Assembly: GCA_030264375.1 (NCBI GenBank)
Contig: JASCQW010000081.1
Location: 92,305,768-92,369,767, forward strand
DNA length: 64,000 nucleotides
Direction of reading: 5' to 3'
Origin: Carcharhinus longimanus
Taxonomy: Eukaryota
Part shown: piece after piece, positions 1 through 14,181 of the stretch
How positions within the stretch are numbered: the first letter of the stretch is position 1
How the letters are laid out: the number at the start of each line of letters is the position of its first letter
Position numbers and translations under genes: made by a program
Notes under the pieces: generated by a model
Seen by the model: the letters and a program-made list of their open reading frames with translations, nothing else
Databases searched by the model: none
What the model was told of the DNA's origin: nothing

Positions 1-3000
1 CTTCATTTATTCCCTTTAGGGAAGCGAATCTGTCGCATTGGCCTCCAGGTGGCTCCCAACCACAGCAATGTAGATAAATCCCAGGTGCTCTCCGAAATTG
101 CTTAGCAAGCCATTGACTTGTATCTAATCGCCACAATTAAAACAGAAATAAATGAAAGCAGTCAGACAACACAGCATCGTCATAGACACCGGAAATGAAA
201 AGGGGCTACCTAGTCCTGTTCATTCAGCAAAGTACACCATAATCGCATGTAGGATTTGCGCCAAAATTGGAAGGTTCGTCTCATAATCCATTCCATCAGT
301 AATCTGGCATAGTTTTACTCACGGAATCATTCCCTACAGACAATGACCCAGACACCGCTATCAGCGGTGCTATTTGTCCTATTACACCAGAAGGACAGAT
401 CCAGCAGATGGGGTGGCACAGTTGGATACCGTTTAGAGGGAAACCTTAGCATCGACTGCAGACCGTATCAAAATCTCATGGCATCAGGTCAAACGTGGTT
501 TTGCGCTGATTACGACATAGCGTCCCCCTTCAGCACAGAACGAGAATTCCTCTATTTTGAACAGCACATGGAGGAATCATTAAGGGCGGTAGCGGCGCAG
601 AATATATTTGTTTGACGGACTTGAATTCCTATTAACGACAGTGGCTCTGTAGCATCATTTCAGAACAAGCTGGCCCGTTTCTAAAGGAAACAAACCATAG
701 ACGAGGACAGTGGCAGTTGATGAGTGAACAAACAAGAGGGAAGATATATTTGACTTTATCCTTACCAAACTGCCTTCCTCAGATGTATCTGTCCTTGACA
801 GTATCGATAGGAGTGAGCATCACACAGTCCTTATGGAAGCAACGTCCCGTTTTCACACCGAGAATGCCCTCCATCGTGTTGTGTGGTACCGCCATCGTTC
901 TAAGTGCGATTGGTTGCGAACGGACCTAGCAAACCAAGACGGGACATCCATGTGACTCTAATAGCTAACAGCAGCAACAGAATCAAGCATCAAGACAACA
1001 TTTGACAGAGTGACGCATCACAATGCCCCAGCAAAATTTAGCCATAATCTGTAATTTCATAGTTCGACATGTGCTCTACTCTATAATTACTACCATGACA
1101 GTTGGTCACCTTGGTTTATGAAGAGTGCAAAAGGTCATGGCAGGAGCAGCATTCCTAAAATGAGCTAACAACCTGATGAAGCCACAGTTTAGGACTCCAT
1201 GTGTGCTAAAAAAACATAAGTGACAAGTATTAGAGTTTACCAATTCTTCAGCAGTGGATAAGTTTTAATCACTACAGTCCTGTCACCCAGTTGTGAATGG
1301 TGGTACGTGATTAACCAACGCACTGAAGGAGGAGGAAATATCCAGAACCTCAATGCTGCAGGAGTTCTAAAAGTATGTAAAGCCATTCTCAACAATCTTC
1401 AGTCAGAAGTGCCAAAAATATCGGAGAATCTCTATAGTGCAGGAGAGGCCATTCTGCCCGCCATCCTTGCACGGATTTGGGGCGGCATGGTAGGACAGTG
1501 ATTAGCACTGCTGCTTCACAGCTCCAGGGACCTGGGTTCGATTCCCGACTTGGGACAGTGTCTATGTGGAGTTTGCACATTCACCCCGTGTCTGCGTGGG
1601 TTTCCTCCGGGTGATCCGGTTTCCTCCCACAGGGTTTCATCCCTATGTTCGGGATGCACCGGGTTCCTTCCATAGGGTTTTCTCCCTGTTCAAAAATTGC
1701 CCCTTAGTGTCCTGAGATGCATAGGCTAGAGTGATTAGCGGGTAAATGTGTTGGGATATGGGGTTAGGGCCTTGTTGGGATTGTGGTCTGTGCAGACTCG
1801 ACGGGTCAGATAGCCTTTTTCTGCATTGTAGGGTTTCTATAATTCTTTCTATGATTCTTTAACATTGTATCTTTCCCTGACCCTTTCCCCATCCTACCCC
1901 CAGAAAACCTCACATATCCAAGTCTAATCCAACTAACCTATAAATTCAGGGACACTATGTGCTAGGTTAGAATGGCTTCTAATCCAACTAACATGTACAT
2001 CTTTGGATTGTGGGAGGAAAATGGAGTACCCTGCCGAAACTCTCTCGAGCTGTGAGACAGTTGTGATAACCACTGTGCCAACATGCCACCCCCATTATCC
2101 GTCATGGCCTCATTCAGAGATCCGCAACATTCCAGAAATCAGTCTTAAAAAAATTAGACTCGCTGCGCATGATATCAAGAAAAGGCAGAAGGCACAGGAT
2201 ACTGCAAATGCTATGGACTCTTACAATAATCCAGTAACAGCACAGAAGTGGTGACCCTGACCTTGCTATACCCCTGATCAAGCTGTTCCAGTATAGCTGC
2301 AGCAAAAGCATCTTCTCCACAATGTGGAACCCTATCGAGGTATATCTTATACATTAGAAATCAGGGCAAATCTAACCGGGCGAACTAATGCCCCATTAGT
2401 CTACTCTCAATCCACAGTGAAGTGATGGAATGGATTCGCAAGAATGTTGTGAAGCTGAACTTATTCTGCAATGAGCTGTTAATTTTCTCTCAGTTAGTTC
2501 CCGCCATGTAACTCAGCTCTATGCTTCCATTGCTGATTTCGTTCAAACATGGACAAAGGAGCCTATTTCCAGAGGTGAGGCCATAGCCACTTCCCTGAAC
2601 ATCAAGGCATCATTTGACCGAGTATGGCATCAAAACGCCCCGGGAATCTCAACTCTGTGGGAATCAGGGATCAGGGTCAAATCAGGGCCCTTGATCTTCA
2701 ATGTTATTACTAAGGCTGAATCCCACGCTATGAACATCCCTGGGGTTTATCATTAATTATACACTGATCTAGATTTGTCCAATATGCATACTATTGGTAG
2801 AAGAGCAGGTCAAAAGCGAGGAAGCCTGCAGAGAGAAACTCCGCTCCAAATTCTGCAAACCATGTCCAACATCTATACAGCATGTATCTGGTGTGTGATG
2901 GAATATTCTCCACTTTCCTAGAGACCTCAACAATACTGGTTCGTTGCCACCTCTTCAACAAACGTTCAAACCTTCCCAGTAAACATTGGCAGCAACGTGT

Positions 3001-3330
3001 AACGTCTACATAATGCACTGCAGGGATTCATGAAAATTCCGCAGGTAACACAATCCGAACTCACGGGAACTATAACATAGAACGATAATGATTACAATAC
3101 CTGGAAGACTCTTCAACGTTACTCATCAACCTGGTATGGAAATTTATCGCTGTTCGTTCACTGTCGCTATGCGCTAGGTAAACGTTCCGGTATTCCCTCC
3201 CTAACATCACGATGGGATTGCAGTGGTGCAAGAAAGCAACTAACTACCACCTTCCCAAGGGCAACGAGAGATGGGAAATGAATGATGGCCGAGCCAGAGA
3301 CATCCACCTTCCCGAAACAAATAAAATGAT
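1..3330 (+). mobile_element. Highly degraded long CR1-clade LINE, interrupted by SINEs at about 1480-2090
   Basis: RT-like remnant (atcaaggcatcatttgaccgagtatggcat, IKASFDRVWH); 3' region homologous to 54400-54960 (gtgatggaatattctccact, ccaccttcccaagggcaac). Confidence 0.6.
1478..1860 (+). mobile_element. tRNA-derived SINE (HE1/V-SINE-like)
   Basis: A-box/B-box head (gtgattagcactgctgcttcacagctccagggacctgggttcgattcc), core gtggagtttgcacatt..ccccgtgtctgcgtgggtttcctccggg, ttctatga-type tail. Confidence 0.85.
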
Positions 3331-3356
3331 TATAATTCTGAGTTCAAACATTTTGA

Positions 3357-3605
3357 ACCGGAGTTGAGGGGGTTGAGCTATGAGGAGAGGCTGAATGAAC
3401 TAGGCTTGTACTCGTTAGAGTTTAGAAGAATGANNNNNNNNNNNNNNNNNNNNNNNNNNNNNNNNNNNNNNNNNNNNNNNNNNNNNNNNNNNNNNNNNNN
3501 NNNNNNNNNNNNNNNNNNNNNNNNNNNNNNNNNGAATGGCGGGGCAGGCTCGAAGGGCCAGATGGCCTACTCCTGCTCCTATTTCTTATGTTCTTATGTT
3601 CTTAT
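3357..3605 (+). mobile_element. Young CR1 LINE 3' end spanning a 100-N gap
   Basis: ELRGLSYEERLNELGLYSLEFRRM; (ttcttatg)n tail. Confidence 0.85.
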
Positions 3606-4373
3606 GAATGACAATTTTGAAGCGAAACTGGGAAGAGGTCGTGAAGTATAGAGCTGAATTTAATGAAGCTTGCAGCGTAGGTATTATATCGGAGTGGTTA
3701 AGAGCGCGTTATGGGGAAAAGCGATGACAAGCCACCCCTGCTGATTCCTGATTCAGGATATTTTTGTTTAATTGGCTTTCGTATGGAGTCGCTCAAGGAC
3801 AATTGGCCCTGTGCCCAGCGGATTTGGGTGGTGGTTCACTAAGTTATTTGATCAAGCATGGACCTCCCCTGCCTCCTAACGACGGTCCAATAATCCCTGT
3901 CAGGTTTTCCTGTGGCCTTGTAGGGAGGGTTTCTTGTTTACATATACTCATTGCCCAATCCAGGACAAAACATCGGGAAAAATCGATAAGATTTGCTCGG
4001 TGCATGCAAACATTTAATTGAATTTAAGCAAAATAGTTTTGTGCTGAGGAGAGGAAAAGAAAAACATTTTGTTCAGTCGCCTTGCATCTCACCTGCAATC
4101 AGCAGAATTGCAGTACATGTTGCATGTCAAACAATTAATGTATCCATTGGGCCCAGTTTACACCTGTTCACAATTTCTGTGCCACATTGTGTTAATTTCA
4201 TTAAGGATTCAACTTCGATTAATATATTTTTGTAGTTACAAAAAGGTTTAATTTGCATCAAAACGCCTCTTGCACACAAGGCCTGAAAATTATGCAATAA
4301 TTTCAGCCTTTCGCCTGCAATACTTTCACAGTCGATATGTTCCTAATAACCCTCATGTTAGTGATTTATTCAC

Positions 4374-4397
4374 CTGTATCTTGACACCTCTTCAATT
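4374..4397 (-). CDS. Candidate micro-exon (24 nt); ELKRCQDT
   Basis: tatttctcattaccAG|aattgaagaggtgtcaagatacag|GTgaat; phase 1-1. Confidence 0.45.
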
Positions 4398-6004
4398 CTG
4401 GTAATGAGAAATATTTATATATTTTAGTTCTGCGATTAAATATATGTTTGGTATTTATTACCATGTGTTAGCATTGCAGAAAAATGAAACGTTTTCCTTT
4501 GCATTAATGAAATGATCCCAAATCTATTGTGATCATAATGAATACATTCATGTAATTTCACATCAACGGAAAATATTCGTCAACAAATAGTGGAGGCATT
4601 CTCCGGCCGCGCTCAATTGAAAATCGGATATTCCCGAGCGAACTCATTGGATATTTACATGGTCTGTCCCCCGCCGTCTTGTATTCCAGTGGCGGGCTGG
4701 AGTGTAGAATTCCGGTTATAATTTCAACATTATTTAATAACTGAATTTGGAATATTCCTGCAGTTCTTCTTCCATTGCAACAAAGCTCCAGCAAAGTAAA
4801 TATTACGGAGATCATCTATTAGAAGCGGTTTGGTGCGAACTTTCCCGTTCCGCCCGCCACGGGAACCGTAGCGGACGCGGGGTGGACCATGGAAAAGTCC
4901 GTTGACTTCGACGTAATTTTCCAGTTTCGGGACGACAGCGTCCGGAAAAACCCACCCCCGATTCAGCAAGAGAAATGTAAAAAATTGCAAGAAAATTAAA
5001 ATCAGTTTGAATATCCTATTGAAGAGCTCATTTTGTAAATGACAGTTAAGCGTCGTTTTTTAAAAAAAATTACTAAAAGGTAAATGTGACTAAAATACGC
5101 TGGGATGCTGAGCAACTATCGTGTATGTATCAGTTAGATCTTTGAAATGAACACTATCGTACTTCCCAAGGGGTGTCTCGCTTCTTTATTTTCAATTCTA
5201 TCCTTCTTAATATTTCATTAATTTGCAGTTTTCCAAAACCACTTTTTATTTTTCTGTTGCATCTCGATATGCTCGTTGTCACTGTTACATTGCAATTCAG
5301 CCTCTATATGTTTTCAAACGTAGCTATTTGGTTCCATTACTCTTCCTATTTCCATTTCTTTCTCAATCGAATCTGAGATTATGCTATCCATGTTGGTTTT
5401 GGTGAAGTCCGAACATCGATAACCTGTAGACATGCACATCAAATAATTAAGAAGGCATGGAAAACCTAGGTGCATTTCCTTATATTCAACAGGAGGTTAT
5501 GATCCATTTCCATTAGAAACGGGCCGATAAATTGGCTTTTTTGATGTGATCTAAAATTCATCTTAAATATGTACACTTAGCTGTTTGTGTCAATGTAAAT
5601 GACAAACAATTCTTAAATTTCTATTGATTTAGAAAAGACCTTAAACATAGGAGCAGAAGTAGAGGGTCCGGCTAGTTGAGTCTGCTCCGCTAGTCAATGA
5701 GGCAATGGTTGCTAATCACTTTCCCGCCTTATCCCATTATCCTTGAGTCACTTATCAATGAAGATCCTGTTTATCTCCGCGTTCAGCATACTTAACAACT
5801 CATCTTCTGCAGCCACGGATTCACGACCGATCAGAGAAGGAATTTCTCCTCATCATTGTCTTGAAAGGGCGACCGCATATGCTGAGATTAAAATCTCCGA
5901 TCTTAGACTCTTCCACAAGGGAAAATAATCTCCGAGCACCTACGCTGTCAAGTCCCAGAAGAGTTATATATGACTCAATATTTATTCCTCTAAACTCTAG
6001 TTTA

Positions 6005-6305
6005 AGTTCTATTTATCAGTGTCATGAGTAGGCTTACATTAACACTGCAGTGAAGTTAATGTGAAGATCCGCTGGCCATCACACTACGGTGACTGTTCGG
6101 GTATACTGAGGGGGAATTTTAGCATGGCGAATGCACCGAACCAGTCTTTCGGTCAATGTGAGGAAATGGGAGCGCCCAGAGGAAAGTCAGGCAGACACGC
6201 TGCACGCTGAGAATGTGCAGAAGATGGCACGTCTTCAGCTAAAGCTCAACCCCTCTGCCGGTTCCTTGGCACAGTGAGACAGCAGTGCTAACCACTGTGC
6301 CACCC
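6005..6305 (-). mobile_element. tRNA-derived SINE, degraded
   Basis: Reverse-complement head (cagcagtgctaaccactgtgccacc); similar to 57355-57628. Confidence 0.75.
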
Positions 6306-6309
6306 ACTC

Positions 6310-7500
6310 TATTGGGTACAGGCCCAATAAACACCACCTCTTATAAGAAAATCCCAGCTACCCTGGTGAACACAATGGATATTATCTAGACTACCTCAAA
6401 GGCCAGGATACCTTTCCCTAGATAAGGAGAACAAAACTATTCAAAATGTTCCAGGTTTGGTCTAATGGGTGCCTTGAATAATTTTAGCAAGATTTCCTTT
6501 TTTGTATGTTCATTTCCACTGAAACAAAGACCAGCATTCCGTTTGCTATCCCTACGATTTACTGACTCTGGAAACGGGATTTATGTTATTTATGTATATG
6601 GACACCCAAATCCCTCTGGGCTGCAGCTGTTCACAGTATTTCTCCATTTAGATAATATTGATCTTCTTTCCTCTTCCCATCACAGTGCATAGCCTCACAT
6701 TTTCTGACCGGATGCTTCATCTACTAAGTGTTCTCCCAACCATTTTACCTATCTATATCTCTCTGTAAACTATTTGTTTGCCTCAACGTCATCGCTCGCC
6801 TACCCACCAACGTTTGTGTCATCCGCAAACTTTGCAATAGTGCATTCACTTTCCCAGCAGTGATCCATGTGGCATTCCACTAATTATAGATTGGCAGCTT
6901 AAGAAAATTCTCTTTTATCCTAACTTTATCTTCTGTTAAATAGTCAATTATCTATTCGTGCTGGAGATTACCCCCAAATCCTTGGGCTCTTATCTTATTT
7001 AGTAGTGTTTGTAGGTATGATTTTTGTAAACTCAAATATATTCTGACAAAGGGTCATCCTGGCTCGGAACATTGGCTTTATTCGCTGTTCACAAACGCAA
7101 TCAGACCTAATGAAATGTTAAGTATAATCTGTGTAATCCACAATACTTTCCTTTAATTTTACATTCATTGGTTCCTCTTTATCTATCCTCGATAACATCT
7201 CAAAAAATTTTAATAGTCTTTTCAGGCATTATTTCTTATTCATAAAGCCATGCTGTTTTTTTTCTTGATTTTATTATTTATTTTCCAATGCTCTACAATA
7301 ATGCATTGTAATGGACTCTAATCATGACGTTTGTAAATGGATGTTAAGCTAATTGGGCTTATTTTTTTGTCCCCCTCCCATTTTGAAACAGGGTTTTCCA
7401 TTTGCAGTTTTCCAAACATTTGGGTATTTTGTAAAATGCAGATTCTCCTTCGAGATTAATAGTAGTGCATCAACTATCTCTATAACTGTTTCATTTATAT
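6310..7500 (-). mobile_element. Degraded CR1 LINE RT region
   Basis: tttgtgtcatccgcaaac is the reverse complement of FADDTK; continues with a 3' part at about 5645-6000. Confidence 0.7.
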
Positions 7501-9074
7501 CCGAAAAAGCAAAATGAGATTGTAACTCTTCAAATAATGTCATGGCCAAACGCATCACAACATGTATATTGACCAGGATGAGATTAAATGAGCTTGTCCC
7601 CATCATAATATTTGTCAGCACGTACTTTAAATGTATTCTGAAAATTAATTTTCGGCCAGATTGCTCATTAGTTTGTACCAATCCACTTTTGATGAGGGCG
7701 TTAATATTTCCTATCCAGAATGCACCTTCTTCTTCTTTTCCCTCACTGTTTCTTTCAAGATGTGTTCCTTATACCATCATCCGCTGTGAGAAGGCAATTG
7801 GTCACAATCAGCAGGGAGGCATCTGTGTCTGGTTTTGCCCTGATTCCATCAGACGTCGCGAGATACAAACCAACGTTGAGGGCTCCAATGGAATTTCGGA
7901 CTTCATAGCACTGTGCCATCAGTACTGGGACAGGGCATATGCATGAATAGTGCTGGCGTTGAATAGAATATTCGTTGAAAAATAAAGTTTGGTGAGTATT
8001 TTGATATCATACAGATGCCAGGAAAGCCTGCGGGACTTTTCCACACATTTTGATATCAGTTCCTAAACTTTCATAGGAATGTGCCACGTCCATTGTTTAA
8101 GCACTGCGTTTTTATTTTGGGTCTTTAAGTCGATGCTGATTGGTCCATTTAGTTTTATCCTGAATCAAACACGATTCGCTGATTTATAAAACTGAATCGT
8201 TCACAGAGAAAAAGAGAACTATTTGCTGAAAACCCGCAGTCAAATGTAGCCTGACTTAATGAGGTTTGGTGGTTTCCTTCACCAAACAAGATTAATGATT
8301 CAGATTCGTTTTTAAGATCATCCGGTATTTTCCTGATTATCATTGCTTCGTACAGATTTATGCTGCTGATTTATTAATTGATTTGATTATGATTAGAAAT
8401 GTTGGATTACCAAGGGCAGAATAAAATATTGTTTTCAGTTCTGAACGCTATCCCTCTAATAGCTGCTAATGCTTGGCTGGTTCTTATATTCCATGGCATG
8501 AAAGTTCGTGTTTGTTGATTTGTTCCGTGCCGTTTCCACCACCTGCAACATGTTATTGCCCCAACGGAAACTAGCGTTGCCCTCTGCTGTCAGCATTATA
8601 CAGGAAAGGTTCCCTCCTTAGCACCCTACTCTGCTGCTTAAAAAAAACAGACCTAGCCATTCTTCATCTGATGCCACCTTTTAATGAAAGCTCATGTGAT
8701 ACTATAAGTACCATTATAATTTACCCCATCTCACCATCGAAGCCCCGAAATACTTCTTCTTGGTCAAATAACAGTGCATATTTGTTTCAGTTTAGTATAT
8801 TTTATTCACTGAAAACAATAAGGTTATGCTAATATGGCCGAATTCAGGTTTGGTGATCGATTTTCAAACACGTTATTTCAACTTGAGAGCAGGATCCGCT
8901 ACATCCAGATATCTATCATTCCATTTCTCCACCATGTTGATATCTTCGTAATCAATAGTGCTATTAAGAAAACCATTTTTTTCTCTTAATCAATGTGCTG
9001 TAATCAATCAACTTAAAATGGCCACGAGCCGTTTTGAGTGTTAACATGGACATAAGCAGCTATTTGAAGACGGA

Positions 9075-9422
9075 GGGGAGGCAATGGCCTAGTGTGTTAT
9101 CGCTGGACTATTGATGCAGGAATTCAGCTCATGCTTTCGAATCCTGTCACGGCAGATGGTAGAATTTGAATTCAATTTAAAAATATCCGGAATTAAGAAT
9201 CTAACGTTGACTGTAAAAACGTCGTTAATTGTCAGAAAAAAAAATTGGATTCACTAATGTCCAGACGACAAATTTCCAGGCCGGTAAATTTCCTTCCTTA
9301 CCTGATCTGACTTACATGTGACTCCAGAGCGACAGCAATGTGGTTGACTCTCAACTGCCCCCTTTGCAAGGAGAACTCGGGATAGCAAGCCAGCGACATC
9401 GTTGTCCCAAGAATGAATTTAA
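9075..9422 (+). mobile_element. SINE sharing core and 3' tail with the CR1-like family at 1-3330
   Basis: ggcaatggcctagtg head; acatgtgactccagagcgacagcaatgtggttgactctcaactgccc core, also present at about 14400-14560 and 31830-32020. Confidence 0.65.
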
Positions 9423-10580
9423 AATTGTTTATCCGTGCTCTGTAACAACGGAATGATAGCCGCAAAATGTTTCCCATCCGCCCCGCCCCCCCACCCCCCC
9501 AACCCCGGTCAGGCTGATCAAACTGACGTTGACAAATGGGAGGGTGAACAACACACAAAAAAATGATTTCCACATTTGAATTCAATTTGACAAATTACCC
9601 AGTGCGTGTTTAACGAGTTTCAAACAACTACTGTCATAATATACATCTGCCCAGTAGCAAGCGACCATGCCAGCAATGATACGTTCGAATATACATTTTT
9701 GAATATATCGGCGCCATATCCAGTGGACACTTTTTCGAAAGAATTCTGGTCCGTTGCCAGTTATTTTCAACTCACTGTTACCATGGGTGGTACGTTGGCA
9801 TTGCACATCTGCATTTTTTCTCTTTGTAATCCTCTGATGAATGTCACATTCTGACGGTGTTAGACGATTTTGTTCCATAAGCCCCAAACCATTCTAACTT
9901 TGCTAAATACTTGAAAGTTAAACATGCGCTACTTCTGGCTTAGCATCTGACGAGATGCTACAGTGCATCAAATACATGATTCAGAATGAAGCTTAGACGA
10001 GTCATTTATAACTCCCATTATACTTAATCTATTTGGAAATGGTACGGATATTTAATTTTTCAATGTTGCAGTGGACATTTAAATTTATATAGGACTAAGA
10101 TTGCAGCAGCTGTTCGCCTTCTCAGAAAATAACTACTAGCTGTTGCCGCAGTATAATGTTTTTAGCATCTGCCGGTTAAGTAAATAATATTAACTGAATC
10201 AGCAGGCTTGACGGAATTGAGTAAAATATTTACCTAGGACAGGTGTTCTGTATTGTTCTCTCGTTATATGTCACGTTGAATATTTAGCTGCAAGGCATGA
10301 AAATAGGGTGGGCTGCGTAACGAGCGGCTGATTTGATGCAGCCTATTTTGCAGTCGCACTAACATGAATCCCAATCGTAAGCGCAAAGAAAAGATATTAC
10401 ACAAAGCATTCTTGCTTCCTGTTGCGAAGCGCAAGACAATATTTGTGGCCTGACAAAGGAATCGAGTCGTCTGCATATTGCAACGACTAAATGTGGACTT
10501 GAGACATTTAATTTGACCGTATGGCAAAAACAATGTCGAAAAGGTGGGAAGAAGAAAACTTTATTACAACAAATTCTTAC

Positions 10581-10607
10581 CGGCCGTTTTCTCTTTCAGT
10601 TGGTTTT
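10581..10607 (-). CDS. Micro-exon E13 (27 nt); ENQLKEKTA
   Basis: tcgcttgttacAG|aaaaccaactgaaagagaaaacggccg|GTaaga; fits the ExxLxxK consensus of the 27-nt class. Confidence 0.75.
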
Positions 10608-12280
10608 CTGTAACAAGCGATTACATTAACAATACACTTAAAATGTGGCTGGTAGATGCACAAACACACTTACTTTCAATCTCTATTGGTTGAATATAAA
10701 GCGGTTCAAACGAACAATTCTTCGTTTTCTGCCCCTCTAGATACCCTTGAAAAATGTCAGCCCTTATACTTGCAATGGTCACCAAATGCCATTCCCCGAA
10801 ATCCGCAGGATTGAAACGCAATTCTACTCCTCTCTATTCAATAGATTCGCATTTTCCTCACTCGGTATTCTGTTTTCCTTTCCTTTGGCGATCACGCTAT
10901 CGGAGGACTGTTTAACCATACCTTAGAGAACGATTACACTTTGCAGTAAGGCGAGATGTTGGACACAAAGATTTCTCTCTCCGTCGATAAGGAGTTGGAA
11001 CTGGAACTGTTCACTGTCCCTCAAGATATATCCAACTGAGCTAATCGACTTCGAGTTAACATAGAAAACAACAACATTTATTTCATTTGTTCTTTTTCCC
11101 TGTTCTCCGAAAGGCCGCAATATTTTCTAAATGAATTATTTGCAGTGGCGCCATGAGTTCAACATTAAAGGAAGGTCGCTCCAAAATGGAATATACCCAG
11201 TTCATCAGATTTTTTTTGCACACTGGAGGAATCTTAAACTCCTTGCTCAGCATGTAATACAGATTACATCAAGTACGAAAGTTATGCAGCGGAAGACAAA
11301 GCAGCAGTTTAAAGGCAGCGTTTTTCTGTTTGGCAGGAATCAGAGTACTTACCTTGTGGATTGGAGGAAAGAACACATCAGGGTTTATCGTCGCCCTACT
11401 CTACTCTTTTTCGTACTGTTTTCCTTCATGATTATTAAGCTCCAACTGGTTCGAAGGCGAATAATTTCAATATGTGTTGATGACTGAAAACTTGGAAATA
11501 TTCTGAACCGTGAGGATCGTGGTGGCCTTGCATGAGGCTTACGGAATTTATTCGAATGCACGGAAACATGACTAATGCAAAGATGTGAGAAGTTGTACTT
11601 TTAGTACGCACAAAGAGAGACAATATAAAACAAAAATTACTATTCAAAAAGAAGTGAAGAAACAATGATGTCTGTCAATACCTGCATATATACACGATAA
11701 GTGGCAGACACATTGAGGAAGTGTATGAGAACCTAGACTCACAAAGCGATAGAAAGAGTAGATATTACCGAATTTGTGGCAAACTTTTAAAAATACTTGA
11801 TCAATTTCCACCGTGAGCTTGTCCCCAGAGCTTGCGTCACACTTTAAAATATGTGAGTATCGAAACGTTTTAGTAAGATTGCAGAAAGATTTCACAAGAA
11901 TTATTTTGGAAAGAAGAGTCTTCAGTTAATTGAGCATATTCTGATAATTTGGCAGAACCAGTGTTCTTATCCTTAGAGGAAATTTCATAGACCTGTTTAA
12001 GTCACCGAGTTGTCTCGGTGTTAGAGAAAGAGAGGAAATTTTGACACCAGGAATGGACTGAAGAATCAAAGGGCATTGCATAATGATGAGTTACAAAGAA
12101 CAAGCAAAGATGTCAGGAAGCATTTTTTCCTGTACAACCATTGCTAGGGCCTGGAAAGCCCTGCTTGTGAAATTGAACCATGGCTTTCAATCAAAAACGG
12201 GATAAACAGCTGAGGTAAGTAACATTTGGGACAACGGCGAAGGTCTGGGAAACTGGGGTTCGCTCTTTCAGAGCGCTGGT

Positions 12281-12795
12281 TTTGATTTGACTTGATTTAT
12301 CATTGTCACATGAATTAACATCCAGTGAAAAGTATAATGTCTTGTGTGCTATGCAGACAAAAAATGCCGTTCATAGGGGAGGAAAGGAGATAGTGCAGAA
12401 TGTAGTGTCACAGTCACAGTCACAGAGTAGAGAAAGATCAACTTAGTGCAAAGTGAATCCATTCAGAAGTTTGAAAGCAGCAGGGAAGAATCTGTTCTTG
12501 AGTCGGTTGGGACGTGACCTCAGACTTTTGTATCATTTTCCCGAAGAAGGTGGAACAGAGAATGTCCAGGGTGCGTGGGGTCCTTTATTATGNNNNNNNN
12601 NNNNNNNNNNNNNNNNNNNNNNNNNNNNNNNNNNNNNNNNNNNNNNNNNNNNNNNNNNNNNNNNNNNNNNNNNNNNNNNNNNNNNNNNNNNNTGCGTGGG
12701 GTCCTTAATTATGCTTTGCCAAGGCAGCGGGAAATGTAGACAGAGTTAATGGGTGGGAGGCTGGTTTGCGTGATGGATTGGGCTACATTCAAGGT
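12281..12795 (-). mobile_element. Rex1/Babar-type LINE 3' end spanning a gap
   Basis: Minus-strand AQSITQTSLPPINSVYISRCLGKA, typical of the Rex/Babar RT C-terminus; (aaatc)n tail; a second short copy lies at about 25238-25370. Confidence 0.65.
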
Positions 12796-13455
12796 CTTTT
12801 GTCCACATATGGAAGGATGGCCTCCTTTCTTTCTGCGACATTCTATGATTCTATATATTTCTATTGATTGGTCGCTCATTTTCGGCTGGGGGGTTTCATG
12901 AGATCGATAACATTGTTCCAAAATATTTCTCCATAAATCTAATACATGTGGGCACCACTATATAAACAGATCCTGGCACCCATTTGCGTCAAATTTGTTC
13001 ATTCCCTTTTTAATATCTGGCACAATCGAAAAGGTTGTTGTGACTATTCGTACCGATCACAAATGATGGTAGCAAAATCCGCAGCCGCTTTTCTAAAGAA
13101 AGCGAATCCATATTCGAGGAACAAATTGGACGGAAAAAATCGGATTAAACAAGTCCTTGTCTCATCGAGGCATAGTACTTGTTTTACTCTCTGCTTATTA
13201 AAGGTTTACTGTTTGCAGTGTAGAGCAGCACGTGTGATAAGGACTTTTCAGAGGTCCCTTTTATAGTTTTTGTCGAAAGGGAATTCATATTTCTTTTGTA
13301 GGAGTTGTTTACTATAGACCAGTGATTTAAAGCTGACACTATTTTATTCACAGCAATTAACTAGTCGTGAAGGACTAGACTTCAGAGACAGCAATCTATC
13401 AAATCAACGTACGGTCCTTCGCAGTACTGGCCGAGTAGTGGCAGTTAACACGTAC

Positions 13456-13482
13456 CTAATTTTGCACGCACTTTCTCGAGGT
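13456..13482 (-). CDS. Micro-exon E12 (27 nt); xLEKVRAKL
   Basis: gtctgtttgtttccAG|acctcgagaaagtgcgtgcaaaattag|GTacgt. Confidence 0.7.
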   Translation of the reverse strand, partial: TSRKCVQN

Positions 13483-14181
13483 CTGGAAACAAACAGACGG
13501 AGTCATTTTAGTCAATGTATACATTAGAAACTTTTGATTCGCAAGGAAATTAAAGAGAATTATTACCAAACATATCACAACTATCGTCACTAACACAGAC
13601 ATTCGAGCGCTTAATATTACTCTATCGAGAACAGGATTAAAGTAGCGTGCTCAGATGCTTGGTGGTTTAACACCCTTGGGGGAATTTTGTTTATTTCAGT
13701 GTCAAATTTGGATGAGTTAAGCGATGAATTCGGCGGAAAGGTCATTTCACTCTAATATTATAAGGAAATGCAAAAGAACAGAAATCTCATATGAAAAACG
13801 CCAATACAAAATGTAAATACACAAGAGCCTTAGCAGCGGTGGAGAGAAATTTTATTTTAAACGTTCTTGAACAATAAGCCAATAATGACATTTTTCCTAT
13901 TCAATACGGCTTAAGTGACGCAAAATTGAGATCACAAAATGAAATTTGGTCCAGTTGCTTCCGTATTTGTTAATTCAAACAATGTTCAAAACATTGAGCA
14001 CAATGCAATTGCGATTAGAATCGTGTGGGCACACAAACACATAGATAAATCCATTCGTTTATATACGTCCTAGTTTGCTGGTTCCAGAGATCGTGCACAC
14101 TATATTTTCAGTGAATAACTACGTGACCTTATTTTGTTTTACAGATGTTGACAAGGAATATAAGCACAATACTTATGTCAC

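Noticed and set aside
1478-1555. tRNA-like sequences at SINE heads
   Set aside because: A and B boxes only, continuing into the SINE body; not tRNA genes
11355-11484. Exon-like segment ending in a consensus AAG|GTAAGT donor
   Set aside because: Stops in all three frames
12571-12714. Direct repeat tgcgtggggtcctt.attatg on both sides of a gap
   Set aside because: Most likely an unmerged contig overlap
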